A stretch of 64,000 bases of DNA from Candidatus Hydrogenedentota bacterium (GTDB lineage Bacteria; Hydrogenedentota; Hydrogenedentia; Hydrogenedentales; JAEUWI01): NCBI GenBank assembly GCA_034669905.1, contig JAXMOL010000002.1, forward strand, positions 96,001 through 160,000, given 5' to 3'. A program made the translations under genes and the position numbers. This document shows, in pieces, positions 30,713 through 39,432 of the stretch; position 1 is the first letter of the stretch, and every line of letters begins with the position of its first letter. Below the pieces are notes generated by a model. That model did not search any database. It was not told the origin of the DNA and worked only from the letters and a program-made list of their open reading frames with translations.

Positions 30713-32350
30713 CTATTGCACCATGGCCTTGATGGCGTCGATGCGTTCGATCTTCTCCCGCACGTCCTGCAAGACCGCTTTTTCTTCCTGAAAGGCCAGA
30801 CGCGGCGCCAGGAAAGCCGTCTTCAAATCCTGAAGACTGCCCTGTCGGGCCATCCAGGCCACAGAACGGATGGCGAAAGACAAAATCACCAGTTCCACCG
30901 TCGTGATGATGGCCAGCACCGTGGCGGAATGAATCAAGAAGGACACATCCAGGAAGCGGGCTTCCAGATAGGACTTCACGACAATAAAGGCCGTGTAGCA
31001 CAGGAAGGCCACCGGCGGTGCATCCAGCACGACAGTCGTCAACCACCGGCTCAACCGCCGGGCGCCCTGTTGCACCCGCTCCCGGGCCGGCCCCTTAATC
31101 ACCGAGACCAGCCGCCGGTCCAATTCTTGTTGGAAGGCCGCTTCGCCGGCGCCTTCGCGCACTTCAATACCGGCGCGCACAAAGGTCAGGGCCAGTTCGC
31201 TCTGTTGGGTGCGGTAATATTCCAGGACCCGCTCCGGCGCGATGGTTTCTTCGTGGGGCATGAGGTCATCGCTCGTCAGCAACTCTGCCGCACGCCGTCC
31301 CTCGCTGTTTTTCAGCCCGGCCAACGACAGAAAACTCGGCATCCGCATGGGCAAACTACGCAGCGCATCGACCACGCGATAGCAAATGCCGATATAGCCT
31401 TTGGAGCGCACGCTCGTCTCCCGGCCCACGGCGTAGGTCCAGAGATGGGGCTCGGCAAACAGGTGATTGCTCACAAAACCGAGGCTCTCGCGGGCAAGGG
31501 CTTTGTCCGATTCCTGAATCCCTTTTTCCAACTCCGCCAGGGCGGGCCTGATTTCTTCCGCGATCTCATCGAGGCGCTGTGTCGCCTTCTGGAGGAGTCC
31601 CGCCACGTTGGACCGCTTGATACGCGCGATGCGTTCGCGGTTCAACTCCTGGCGCAAAAACTGGTCCAGGGCCGGGCCGTCGTATTCTTCTTCCTCAGGC
31701 GCACCACCCGCCATCTTGCGATCCAGCGTGCGCAGGGCGTTCACCCGAAAGTAGGGGCCCGTCTCAAAGCCCTGCTCCTTCAGCCGTTCCAGCCAATGCG
31801 CCTTGACCGAAGGATGGGGCCCCGCCTTGGTCTCCACACAGATCATGGCCCGCTGTCCCCGCAATGGACGCAAGAGGGACCAACTGGCTTCGTCCAGGTA
31901 TTTTTCCGTGCTCGCACACAACACGATCAAATCACATTGCTTCAAGACCTCGACGGTGCGCTCCCGGTGAATGTGAGCGATGCTGTCCGAGTCGGGTGTA
32001 TCAATCAGCACGAGGTGCTCGAGGGCCGACCGGGGCACCCCTTCCCATTCGTGGAAAGGTAACTCCGTTCCCGGCGGGTGATAGGCCATGGGCTTGGTGG
32101 TGCAGGGGCGCATGGCCGAGGTCAGGGCGATCTGGTCCCCCGCGATGGCATTGAGCAAGGTCGATTTTCCGACGCCAGATCCCCCAACGAGGGCCACCAC
32201 CAGCACATCGTCCAGGCGGGCTTCGCGGGTCTGCAACTCGTTCACCCGTTCACGAAGGCGCACCGTCTCCTGACGGAGGGCCTTCCAGGGGCCGTCATAT
32301 GCGGCCAGACTTTCCAGGTGTTCGAGGACGTTTAAGATACTGTCAGACAC
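30713..32350 (-). CDS. Dynamin-like / Era-type GTPase-domain membrane protein
   Basis: GGSGVGKST, RPCT, LIDTPDSD motifs; helical stalk; two C-terminal hydrophobic helices. Confidence 0.75.
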   Translation of the reverse strand: MSDSILNVLEHLESLAAYDGPWKALRQETVRLRERVNELQTREARLDDVLVVALVGGSGVGKSTLLNAIAGDQIALTSAMRPCTTKPMAYHPPGTELPFHEWEGVPRSALEHLVLIDTPDSDSIAHIHRERTVEVLKQCDLIVLCASTEKYLDEASWSLLRPLRGQRAMICVETKAGPHPSVKAHWLERLKEQGFETGPYFRVNALRTLDRKMAGGAPEEEEYDGPALDQFLRQELNRERIARIKRSNVAGLLQKATQRLDEIAEEIRPALAELEKGIQESDKALARESLGFVSNHLFAEPHLWTYAVGRETSVRSKGYIGICYRVVDALRSLPMRMPSFLSLAGLKNSEGRRAAELLTSDDLMPHEETIAPERVLEYYRTQQSELALTFVRAGIEVREGAGEAAFQQELDRRLVSVIKGPARERVQQGARRLSRWLTTVVLDAPPVAFLCYTAFIVVKSYLEARFLDVSFLIHSATVLAIITTVELVILSFAIRSVAWMARQGSLQDLKTAFLAPRLAFQEEKAVLQDVREKIERIDAIKAMVQ

Positions 32351-34104
32351 TGCGTGTGAATCCTTCGAAGGGTCTCCGCCGCCTCACTCTCGAGGGCTGC
32401 ACGGCCTTCCGCGAGCGGCACGAGGGCCGCTTTCAATATATGTTCATGGAGCGCCCGCTCAAATCGGGCCTGTTGTTCTTTGTGCCAGGGCGCCATAAGG
32501 TCCACCCACTTATCGGCAAATTGATGCTCCAGCACCCGGGAGAAAAACTCCCCCGCCAGGGGACTCGTCGCCGCCACCACTTCCGGCACCCCCACACCGC
32601 CCGAGTAAACCGCCAGCGGCAAGGCCACGGCCGTAGGGGCGAGCATGAGCATGGCATCCAACTGCACCAGGAAGAGACGACGCATCTTGTTGTCGTTCCA
32701 CCAGTCGTCCAGGGTCTTTTCCGCATGGGCACGAAAGGCTTCCGAAATATTGTCATCCACCAGCGTCGCCGCCTCCACCGCGGCAACGACCTCCGTAACC
32801 TCGAGCGCTTCAAAGCGCCTGGCCACCATATCCCGTGCGGGTTGGTCGAGGTGCTCTGCCATCTCCACACAGTCCCGGATAAAGTCCCGGGTGCGGATGG
32901 ATAACTCGCGCGAATGATGGGAGCGCAACTCGTCGGCCGTGGGCGGTTTCCTGGCCGAGGTGAGGGTCAGTCGGCTGCGCACCATTTCACCCAGCGAACG
33001 ACCCACATAGCTCACCCCATCCACCGCCGCCGCACCCACCTTACCGACCGTCCGGCTCACTGCGCCGCGACGGGCCTTGATGTGGTTGTGAAGTAGTTTC
33101 CCGACTTCCGCGCCGGGCTCCGGATCATAGGTCTGTGCCACGGCTTCTGCACGGTGCTCAAACAACTTCGCCACCCCATCAAAGGTCTTTGCAAAGTCGT
33201 CCAGTCGCGCCACGAATTCCTCGGTATGGGCCGTAAAATGTTTCAAGGTATCGCGGTACACCCGATCCTTGGTGTCGACCACATCCATCTGCTCCAGGTA
33301 GCTGCGCAGGGGCGCTGTACCGCTGAGCGAGGCGATGGCGTGGTCACAGGATTCCATCAGCGTAAAATCGTGGGGCACCACGAAAAAAATGCGTTCTTCG
33401 ATACCGACAGACTGACAGAAATCTTCCAGCTGGGCCCGCGCCACTTCAAAATCCTGGGCGTCATTGGCCTTGTTCATCAGGGGCAGGATGACCCGTCCCG
33501 AATCGGCCGCCTGACGAAAGTAGGCAATAACCTGCTCGTCCTGGTATTTCTCCCCTGTGAGGACCGCAATCAGCACATCGCACACCGCCTGGATATTCTC
33601 CGCCACATCCCAATTGATGAGGTCGATGGAATCCACGTCGGGCACGTCAAGCAGGACCATGTGGTCGGGCAGGCCGTCACTGGCTTTCATAAACAGGGTG
33701 TCGGGTGCGGCGCTCCGGTCGATAGGGTCGGTGTCGTGGGCCTGAAAACGTGCCTGAAGGCCCGGAACCAGGTTTCCCGCCACCCCCTGATCGAAGCGGT
33801 GCTGATTGCCGACCAGCAAGGGCCGACAGGTCGCCGCCGCCGTGGCCCGGACCGGACTCAATTCTTTGCCCGCCAGGAGGTTAAAGACGGTCGATTTGCC
33901 CGTATTCGTGCCACCCGCCACCGCCGCGACGAGCACATCCTTCCCCGCTAACTGGGGGAGGAGCTTAAAGGTCAGCAATTTCCGCCACTCGCCCGTATCC
34001 TCAAAGAGGGCCCCATGGAGCGCCGGCTGCCCTTCCAACGCGGCATCCAGCGCTTGAAGGGCGGTGTCGAAGACTTCCAGATCGTGATTCAAGGCATCAT
34101 CCAT
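32332..34104 (-). CDS. Dynamin-like GTPase-domain protein
   Basis: GGTNTGKST, LLDVPDVDS, MNKA motifs; hydrophobic paddle-like segment; overlaps the next gene. Confidence 0.75.
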   Translation of the reverse strand: MDDALNHDLEVFDTALQALDAALEGQPALHGALFEDTGEWRKLLTFKLLPQLAGKDVLVAAVAGGTNTGKSTVFNLLAGKELSPVRATAAATCRPLLVGNQHRFDQGVAGNLVPGLQARFQAHDTDPIDRSAAPDTLFMKASDGLPDHMVLLDVPDVDSIDLINWDVAENIQAVCDVLIAVLTGEKYQDEQVIAYFRQAADSGRVILPLMNKANDAQDFEVARAQLEDFCQSVGIEERIFFVVPHDFTLMESCDHAIASLSGTAPLRSYLEQMDVVDTKDRVYRDTLKHFTAHTEEFVARLDDFAKTFDGVAKLFEHRAEAVAQTYDPEPGAEVGKLLHNHIKARRGAVSRTVGKVGAAAVDGVSYVGRSLGEMVRSRLTLTSARKPPTADELRSHHSRELSIRTRDFIRDCVEMAEHLDQPARDMVARRFEALEVTEVVAAVEAATLVDDNISEAFRAHAEKTLDDWWNDNKMRRLFLVQLDAMLMLAPTAVALPLAVYSGGVGVPEVVAATSPLAGEFFSRVLEHQFADKWVDLMAPWHKEQQARFERALHEHILKAALVPLAEGRAALESEAAETLRRIHTQCLTVS

Positions 34105-34143
34105 AGACGTGAACCGGTGGAACGGGGCGAGCAAGGCGGGACA

Positions 34144-34326
34144 TCAGCTTGCCCACATGCCTTTGGTAAGAAACAGCAGCCAGAGAATGCCAAATATCGT
34201 AAAAATAATGGAAAACTTAATGAGCTTCTGTTTGAACAGGGGATCGCGCTGATACTTGCACGTGGGGCAGGGCGCATCGGGGTCGCTTAAGACTTGCCCA
34301 CATCCGGGGCACTGCGTTGGAGCCAT
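34144..34326 (-). CDS. Small zinc-ribbon membrane protein
   Basis: CPGC..CPTC followed by one TM helix. The start could be 34344. Confidence 0.55.
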   Translation of the reverse strand: MAPTQCPGCGQVLSDPDAPCPTCKYQRDPLFKQKLIKFSIIFTIFGILWLLFLTKGMWAS

Positions 34327-34485
34327 GATTTTGTTGCCTTCCATACTACCGGTACCGAGGAGAGACCGAACACCGGCCGGGCCTCCAACGGCACAACCGC
34401 CCTATCATACGTTATCTGAACCGGCGCAGAAAAATAGACCGGGCCCTTTGCCTCGGGAGAGGTATCGCACAAGGCCCACACCGGG

Positions 34486-35361
34486 CTAGTCGCGGACGAC
34501 GCCCTGAGCTACGGTGCGCACCACCGTCGTCTTATACGCCGTAATGCGGGACGCAATCTGCCGGGCAGATTCTTCGTCCCCGCACAACCCGAAGACCGTG
34601 GGGCCGCTCCCACTCATGGCGCTGGCCACACAGCCGAGGTCCCGCAGTTGGGCCTTGATAGCCGCCAGCTCCGGGTGATCGCAGAGTACACCCGACTCCA
34701 TGCGATTGAAGACAACATCGGCCACCTTCCCCGCAGCGAGCTGGGAAAGCGCGGCGTCAAATGCCGGCGTTCGCCCATTGACCGGGGCCGTCGTATTGCG
34801 GGTCAACTGGGGGTGCCCATAGGCGTGGCCCGCCGTCACAGCCAGCGGGGGATGGACCAAGACCAGCCACTGCGGCGCCAATGGCGTTAAGGGGGTCATC
34901 ACTTCCCCCCGTCCCGTGGCCGCAACCATGCCGCCCACGACACAAAAGGGCACATCGGAGCCCAGCTCGAGGGCCACTTCACAGAGTTGCGCCGTGTCCC
35001 AATCGAGGTGCCACAGATCATTCAAGGCCAGCAAGGCGGCCGCCGCATTCCCCGAGCCCCCGGCAAGCCCTGCGGCCACCGGCAAATTCTTCTCCAGGTG
35101 AAATAAGACGCCATCCTGGATACCCGTACGCGCCTGTACCAACGCGGCCGCCTGGTAAACCAGATTGTCCGGCCCGGCACTCAAGGCGGGATTGCTGCAC
35201 GTCATGCGAATCCCCGAGGCGAGGGGCTCTGCCAGCAGGCGATCACACAAGCTGATGGATTGGAGCACCGTTTCAATATTGGTAAACCCGTCGGGACGAC
35301 GGGCCAGCACATCAAGATAGAGATTAATTTTTCCATAGGAACGGTACGACAAAACCGGCAC
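34486..35361 (-). CDS. ispE: 4-diphosphocytidyl-2-C-methyl-D-erythritol kinase
   Basis: KINLYLDV..RRPDG, KNLPVAAGLAGGSGNAAA, LGSDVPF, MSGSGPTVF. Confidence 0.95.
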   Translation of the reverse strand: MPVLSYRSYGKINLYLDVLARRPDGFTNIETVLQSISLCDRLLAEPLASGIRMTCSNPALSAGPDNLVYQAAALVQARTGIQDGVLFHLEKNLPVAAGLAGGSGNAAAALLALNDLWHLDWDTAQLCEVALELGSDVPFCVVGGMVAATGRGEVMTPLTPLAPQWLVLVHPPLAVTAGHAYGHPQLTRNTTAPVNGRTPAFDAALSQLAAGKVADVVFNRMESGVLCDHPELAAIKAQLRDLGCVASAMSGSGPTVFGLCGDEESARQIASRITAYKTTVVRTVAQGVVRD

Positions 35362-35379
35362 AACACGTACTCCAAACCA

Positions 35380-37053
35380 CTAAAATTTTCGTGTCCATAG
35401 AATCGAAATAACGAGGATACTGCCCAGGAGTCCGGCAAAGATAAAGCCGGCCACCCCCAGGCGGCTGATCGTCGATTCCGTCGTGATCAGTAGACTGGAA
35501 CCGACAATGAGGGCGGCCACAATCATGCCCACCGTGTTTCGGCTGCTCGCCCGGTCAATGGTCGCCGCCAGATCATCCAGGTGCTCATGATGAATGGAAA
35601 ACTTGAGCTTCCCTTTGCGCAACTGCTCCAGGAGCTGGGCAATATCCCGGGGCACCTGATGGCCCAGGCGCAGCAAGACCCGCGTGTTGTGTTTCAGATC
35701 GCGGTAGAGTTGGCGGGGCGCATAGCGCCGTTTGATGAGCCGCTCGACATAGGGCTGAATTATAGGCACCATATCGAGATTGGGATCGAGGCTACGCCCC
35801 ACCATCTCAATGGTGGCCAGTGCCTTAATCAGGAGGGAGAAACGGGGAGCCAGCTCCATGTTGGCCCGCTGAAGGATCTGCGTGGTGCGCTCCAGGCCCC
35901 GGGCCACCTGACCGCCCCCGAGAATCGCACGGGCTTCAAAGGCAATAAATTCGGTGAGCTCCCGCTCCAGCACATCCTGATCGGACGGCTCGCCCCCTGT
36001 GGTCAGCAGGAGAATCGCGTCCACACAGGCCCGGCTATCCCGCTCAAACAGGGCGAGAAACAAATCACCAATAGCCGCCACATCACTCTGTTCCAGGTGC
36101 CCGGCCATGCCAAGGTCGAGGAAGGCCAGGTGATTGTCATGGGTAACGAAGATGTTGCCCGGGTGGGGATCGGCGTGGAACAACTGAAACTCAAAGACCA
36201 TCCGACAAAGGGCGTCACACCCGTTGATGGCGACCTGCTCCGGCGTACAATTTCGCTCCGGAAATGACGCCACCTGATCGACCCGAACCCCGTCGACCCA
36301 GTCCATCGTGATCAGGGTTCGGCCCGAAAACTCGGGGTAGACCTGGGGCATGTCCACCGCACTGTCATCTTCAAAATTGGTGCGGAATTGCTCGATGACC
36401 CGGGCTTCGATGCTCAAGTCCAATTCCCGGCGTATAGAGCGGGCGAACTCATCCACGATTCCCGGTGGATCGAGCCACTTGATATCGTCCAGGTGCTCTG
36501 CACTCCACTCGGCCACCTGACGCATGAGGCTCAAGTCCGACTCGATTATTTTCTCTACGCCAGGTCGTTGGATTTTCACCACGACTTCCTGACCAGTGAA
36601 GAGGGTCGCCCGGTACACCTGACTCAACGACGCCGAAGCAATGGGCGTCGTATCAAAGGTGGCGAACAATTCCTTGCACGACTTGCCCAGGGCCGCCGTA
36701 ACGACCCCGTCCATCGTTTCAAAGGGCAGGGCATCCACCCGATCCTGCAGGTTGCTGAGTTCCCGCGCGGTCTCGAGCCGAATCAGGTCGGGACGGGTGC
36801 TGAGAATCTGGCCCAGCTTCACAAAGGTCGGCCCCAGCTCCACCAGGGCCGCGCGCATCCGTTGCCCAAAGGTGTGGGGCGGTCCGGAGGTCGCCTCCAT
36901 GAGGTTTAGACTGCGCAGCAGCTTCGCGGGCAAACTCCGGTGAAATCCCGCCCGTTGCAGCAGATCGGCAAAACCGTGCTTCACAAACACCTGAAGCACT
37001 TCCGCCAGACGAACGGCGTTTACCGTCTGTTTTCCAAGCCGGGAGTAGTGCAA
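35380..37053 (-). CDS. AarF/UbiB (ABC1) family kinase-like protein
   Basis: LGPTFVKLGQILSTRPD, IASASLSQV, VVKIQRP, FHADPHPGN, DLGM. Confidence 0.92.
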   Translation of the reverse strand: MHYSRLGKQTVNAVRLAEVLQVFVKHGFADLLQRAGFHRSLPAKLLRSLNLMEATSGPPHTFGQRMRAALVELGPTFVKLGQILSTRPDLIRLETARELSNLQDRVDALPFETMDGVVTAALGKSCKELFATFDTTPIASASLSQVYRATLFTGQEVVVKIQRPGVEKIIESDLSLMRQVAEWSAEHLDDIKWLDPPGIVDEFARSIRRELDLSIEARVIEQFRTNFEDDSAVDMPQVYPEFSGRTLITMDWVDGVRVDQVASFPERNCTPEQVAINGCDALCRMVFEFQLFHADPHPGNIFVTHDNHLAFLDLGMAGHLEQSDVAAIGDLFLALFERDSRACVDAILLLTTGGEPSDQDVLERELTEFIAFEARAILGGGQVARGLERTTQILQRANMELAPRFSLLIKALATIEMVGRSLDPNLDMVPIIQPYVERLIKRRYAPRQLYRDLKHNTRVLLRLGHQVPRDIAQLLEQLRKGKLKFSIHHEHLDDLAATIDRASSRNTVGMIVAALIVGSSLLITTESTISRLGVAGFIFAGLLGSILVISILWTRKF

Positions 37054-37109
37054 TCAATTCCTTCCCAACGGCCCGAAGCAAACCCGGGGCTCCGTTGCAA
37101 ATGGGCCGG

Positions 37110-38834
37110 TCAAGATGCCGATTTCGCCGTCTTCACCGATGCCGCGCCACCCAGGGTTACGGTCCGTTCACCGACAACGGTACCGTTCTCGTCATACTCC
37201 ACCACATTCCAGTTGCGGGGTGCCCGCGCATTGGCGTCCATGGGTTGGCCCTGGACCGGAACGCGGGCGACCATGGCCGAGATATCCTCACGAAGCCCCT
37301 TGCTCAGTTTCCCGTAAAACTCGATGGGGCCGGGCCAGAAACTGGCCGCCGTCGCAAGGTCTTCGGAAATATCGGCGGAATTGCCCATCCGACATTGCAG
37401 TGGCGCGGGGATCACGCCATACATGGCCATACGGGCCACCGAGCCACTGGCATCCAACCAATCATCCACGTTGTCCTGAATAGCCCCGGACGAGGCGGGA
37501 AACACCGGTACGGGAGCGGCCGCCACGCGGAGCGCCTTGTAAGCGGCATTCTGCGCTTCGGACCGGGTGAGCTTGAATTCTGAAAGCACTGCTTCGGGGA
37601 TCAAGGATTTTTCGACTACGATGAAGGCCGCGCCCCACTCGCTCAGGGTCTTCACCTTGGCCGCCAGTGCCGACGCCGCACCGGGATCCAACGGGTTGAT
37701 CCAGGCCTGTCCATCGGAACTTTTCGCCGTCCAGGACGCACCACCCTCTTTCGCCACCAGCGGGTCAATCGACACGCCCACCTTCAATTCAGCGGTCGCC
37801 AAGGACCCGATGGCCGACTTCATATTCTTGGGGAAACGGCCCGCGGCACCACTCATGGAACCGGGACGTCCTTCCCAGCCACGGCCCAGCAGCACATGGT
37901 CAATACCTGCCTGCTTCCAACTGGTGCCAGCGGAGACGTAGTCATCCAGCCCCTGGGTATCGTCCAGCGTGTACCATCCCCGGGCCAGGAAATTGCGCTC
38001 GGGCGACTCCACAAACAGGCTATACGCCCAGCAGTAATACAGATCCACCCGATGGGGTTCGGGAACACCGTGAGACATCCAGAGGGGATCGGCCAGGAGA
38101 CTCTGTCCCGGAGCCAGCACCTTGGCGGGTCCGTAGTTACATACAATTTCACCGTGCCATTCGCCGTCCCGCTCGGTAAAACCGATGGTCGACTCGGCCA
38201 GACCGCCGGGAAGGAGCCCCACGCCGAAGCAGATGGGCTTGGACGGGTCATGTATCACCGCCATGGTTGCGTGATCCTGCCCCACAACCACGGGCTGTCC
38301 GCCCATATCCTGCAGGCTGCGGTAGCGGATCCGGGTCTGGGGGCTGAGTTGTTGCATGACCGACGTCTTGGCGACCACGGGGTGAATGCGCTGGATGGCC
38401 ACGTCTGTCGTACCCACGTTTTCCACCAGGATCTCGACGAATACGAAGGGGCGGGACTTGAAAGTTCGCATGACGTGCATGACTTTTAAGCCGTTCTTCG
38501 GCGCAAAAGTCACCGAATAGGTGGTGCCTTCGCCCAACGCATGGGTAAAGGCATCCCGGCTCGGCTTGCCTTCGCCCAGGTTCAACCCGTTCAGTTCCGT
38601 GCCGTCGGCGAGGACGATCGAAAAGCCCATGCTATCGGCCAGCACCGTTTCGTCTTTCAACAGCACACGCCACTCGGCGTTGTCCTCGGCGTAGATCAAG
38701 ACCCCTTCTTCAATCGGGATGCTGTAATGATTCCGCAGGTCCCAGGGAAGGTTCGGGTCCGCAAAGCTGGTGCTGGAAAGAAACACAAGGGCCACGATTA
38801 CAGGGCCCCAAACGATTCGTGTGGCAAGTGTCAT
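37110..38834 (-). CDS. Secreted protein resembling GH36/alpha-galactosidase-like proteins
   Basis: Signal peptide; beta-rich N-terminus; GWYT..GWEG..RFP..MKS..KVGV pattern. Catalytic Asp motifs are not evident. Confidence 0.5.
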   Translation of the reverse strand: MTLATRIVWGPVIVALVFLSSTSFADPNLPWDLRNHYSIPIEEGVLIYAEDNAEWRVLLKDETVLADSMGFSIVLADGTELNGLNLGEGKPSRDAFTHALGEGTTYSVTFAPKNGLKVMHVMRTFKSRPFVFVEILVENVGTTDVAIQRIHPVVAKTSVMQQLSPQTRIRYRSLQDMGGQPVVVGQDHATMAVIHDPSKPICFGVGLLPGGLAESTIGFTERDGEWHGEIVCNYGPAKVLAPGQSLLADPLWMSHGVPEPHRVDLYYCWAYSLFVESPERNFLARGWYTLDDTQGLDDYVSAGTSWKQAGIDHVLLGRGWEGRPGSMSGAAGRFPKNMKSAIGSLATAELKVGVSIDPLVAKEGGASWTAKSSDGQAWINPLDPGAASALAAKVKTLSEWGAAFIVVEKSLIPEAVLSEFKLTRSEAQNAAYKALRVAAAPVPVFPASSGAIQDNVDDWLDASGSVARMAMYGVIPAPLQCRMGNSADISEDLATAASFWPGPIEFYGKLSKGLREDISAMVARVPVQGQPMDANARAPRNWNVVEYDENGTVVGERTVTLGGAASVKTAKSAS

Positions 38835-39087
38835 GGTAAAACGCTCCACCAGCCGCAGAAAGGAAACCCGCCCGACGCGACCAGCCTTGGTAAAGGAATA
38901 TGTATCTGAGAAACTCTCACCGGCATAATAGCTTGCAGTATACCCTATATGGTGGTCGCGCTGGTACTGATCGAGATGGGGTAGTTGTTCGGGCCCTGCC
39001 TCGGCACATCCTGCGGCGGCCCCACCCCCACTTCCAGGTGCCCACCCGTCCCCCCGCATCACGCGCGCGAAACATTCGCACTCCGGT

Positions 39088-39117
39088 TTGACACTTTTCT
39101 CCGCCGTATGCTACGCT
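39088..39117 (+). promoter_or_regulatory. Putative sigma70 promoter for ffs-dnaX
   Basis: TTGACA, 18-bp spacer, TACGCT preceded by TGn. Confidence 0.4.
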
Positions 39118-39243
39118 TCCCTCCGTCTGTTTTCACTGGAATGCAGAAGTGTGCCCCCCGTTGGTATGCCCCCGACAAACCACCTTGGTTTACCGGTGGC
39201 CTGGACACCAGCCCGGGTACGCTTTTTCAAATACGGTGTAAAA

Positions 39244-39358
39244 GGTGATGGCGGTTGGGTCCTACTCAACACGACGTTGGCGAACCCGGTCAGGTCCTGA
39301 CGGAAGCAGCCGCAGTCTTCTGTTGTGTGTGCTGTAGGAGTGCCTGACCGTCATCACC
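39244..39358 (+). ncRNA. ffs: Signal recognition particle RNA (small bacterial type)
   Basis: GGTCAGGTCC-TGAC-GGAAGCAGCC helix-8 motif; 5' and 3' ends pair (GGTGATGGCGGTTGGGT / GCCTGACCGTCATCACC); located upstream of dnaX. Confidence 0.9.
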
Positions 39359-39432
39359 TTTTCCACCGTAACCAGAATCCCACCCGGGCAGACCAGGTCA
39401 ATCCGATGGCAGGGCGAAGGCCGGAGACGCGC

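Noticed and set aside
39118..39243. tRNA or SRP Alu domain upstream of ffs
   Set aside because: No cloverleaf or T-loop motif and no recognisable Alu pairing.
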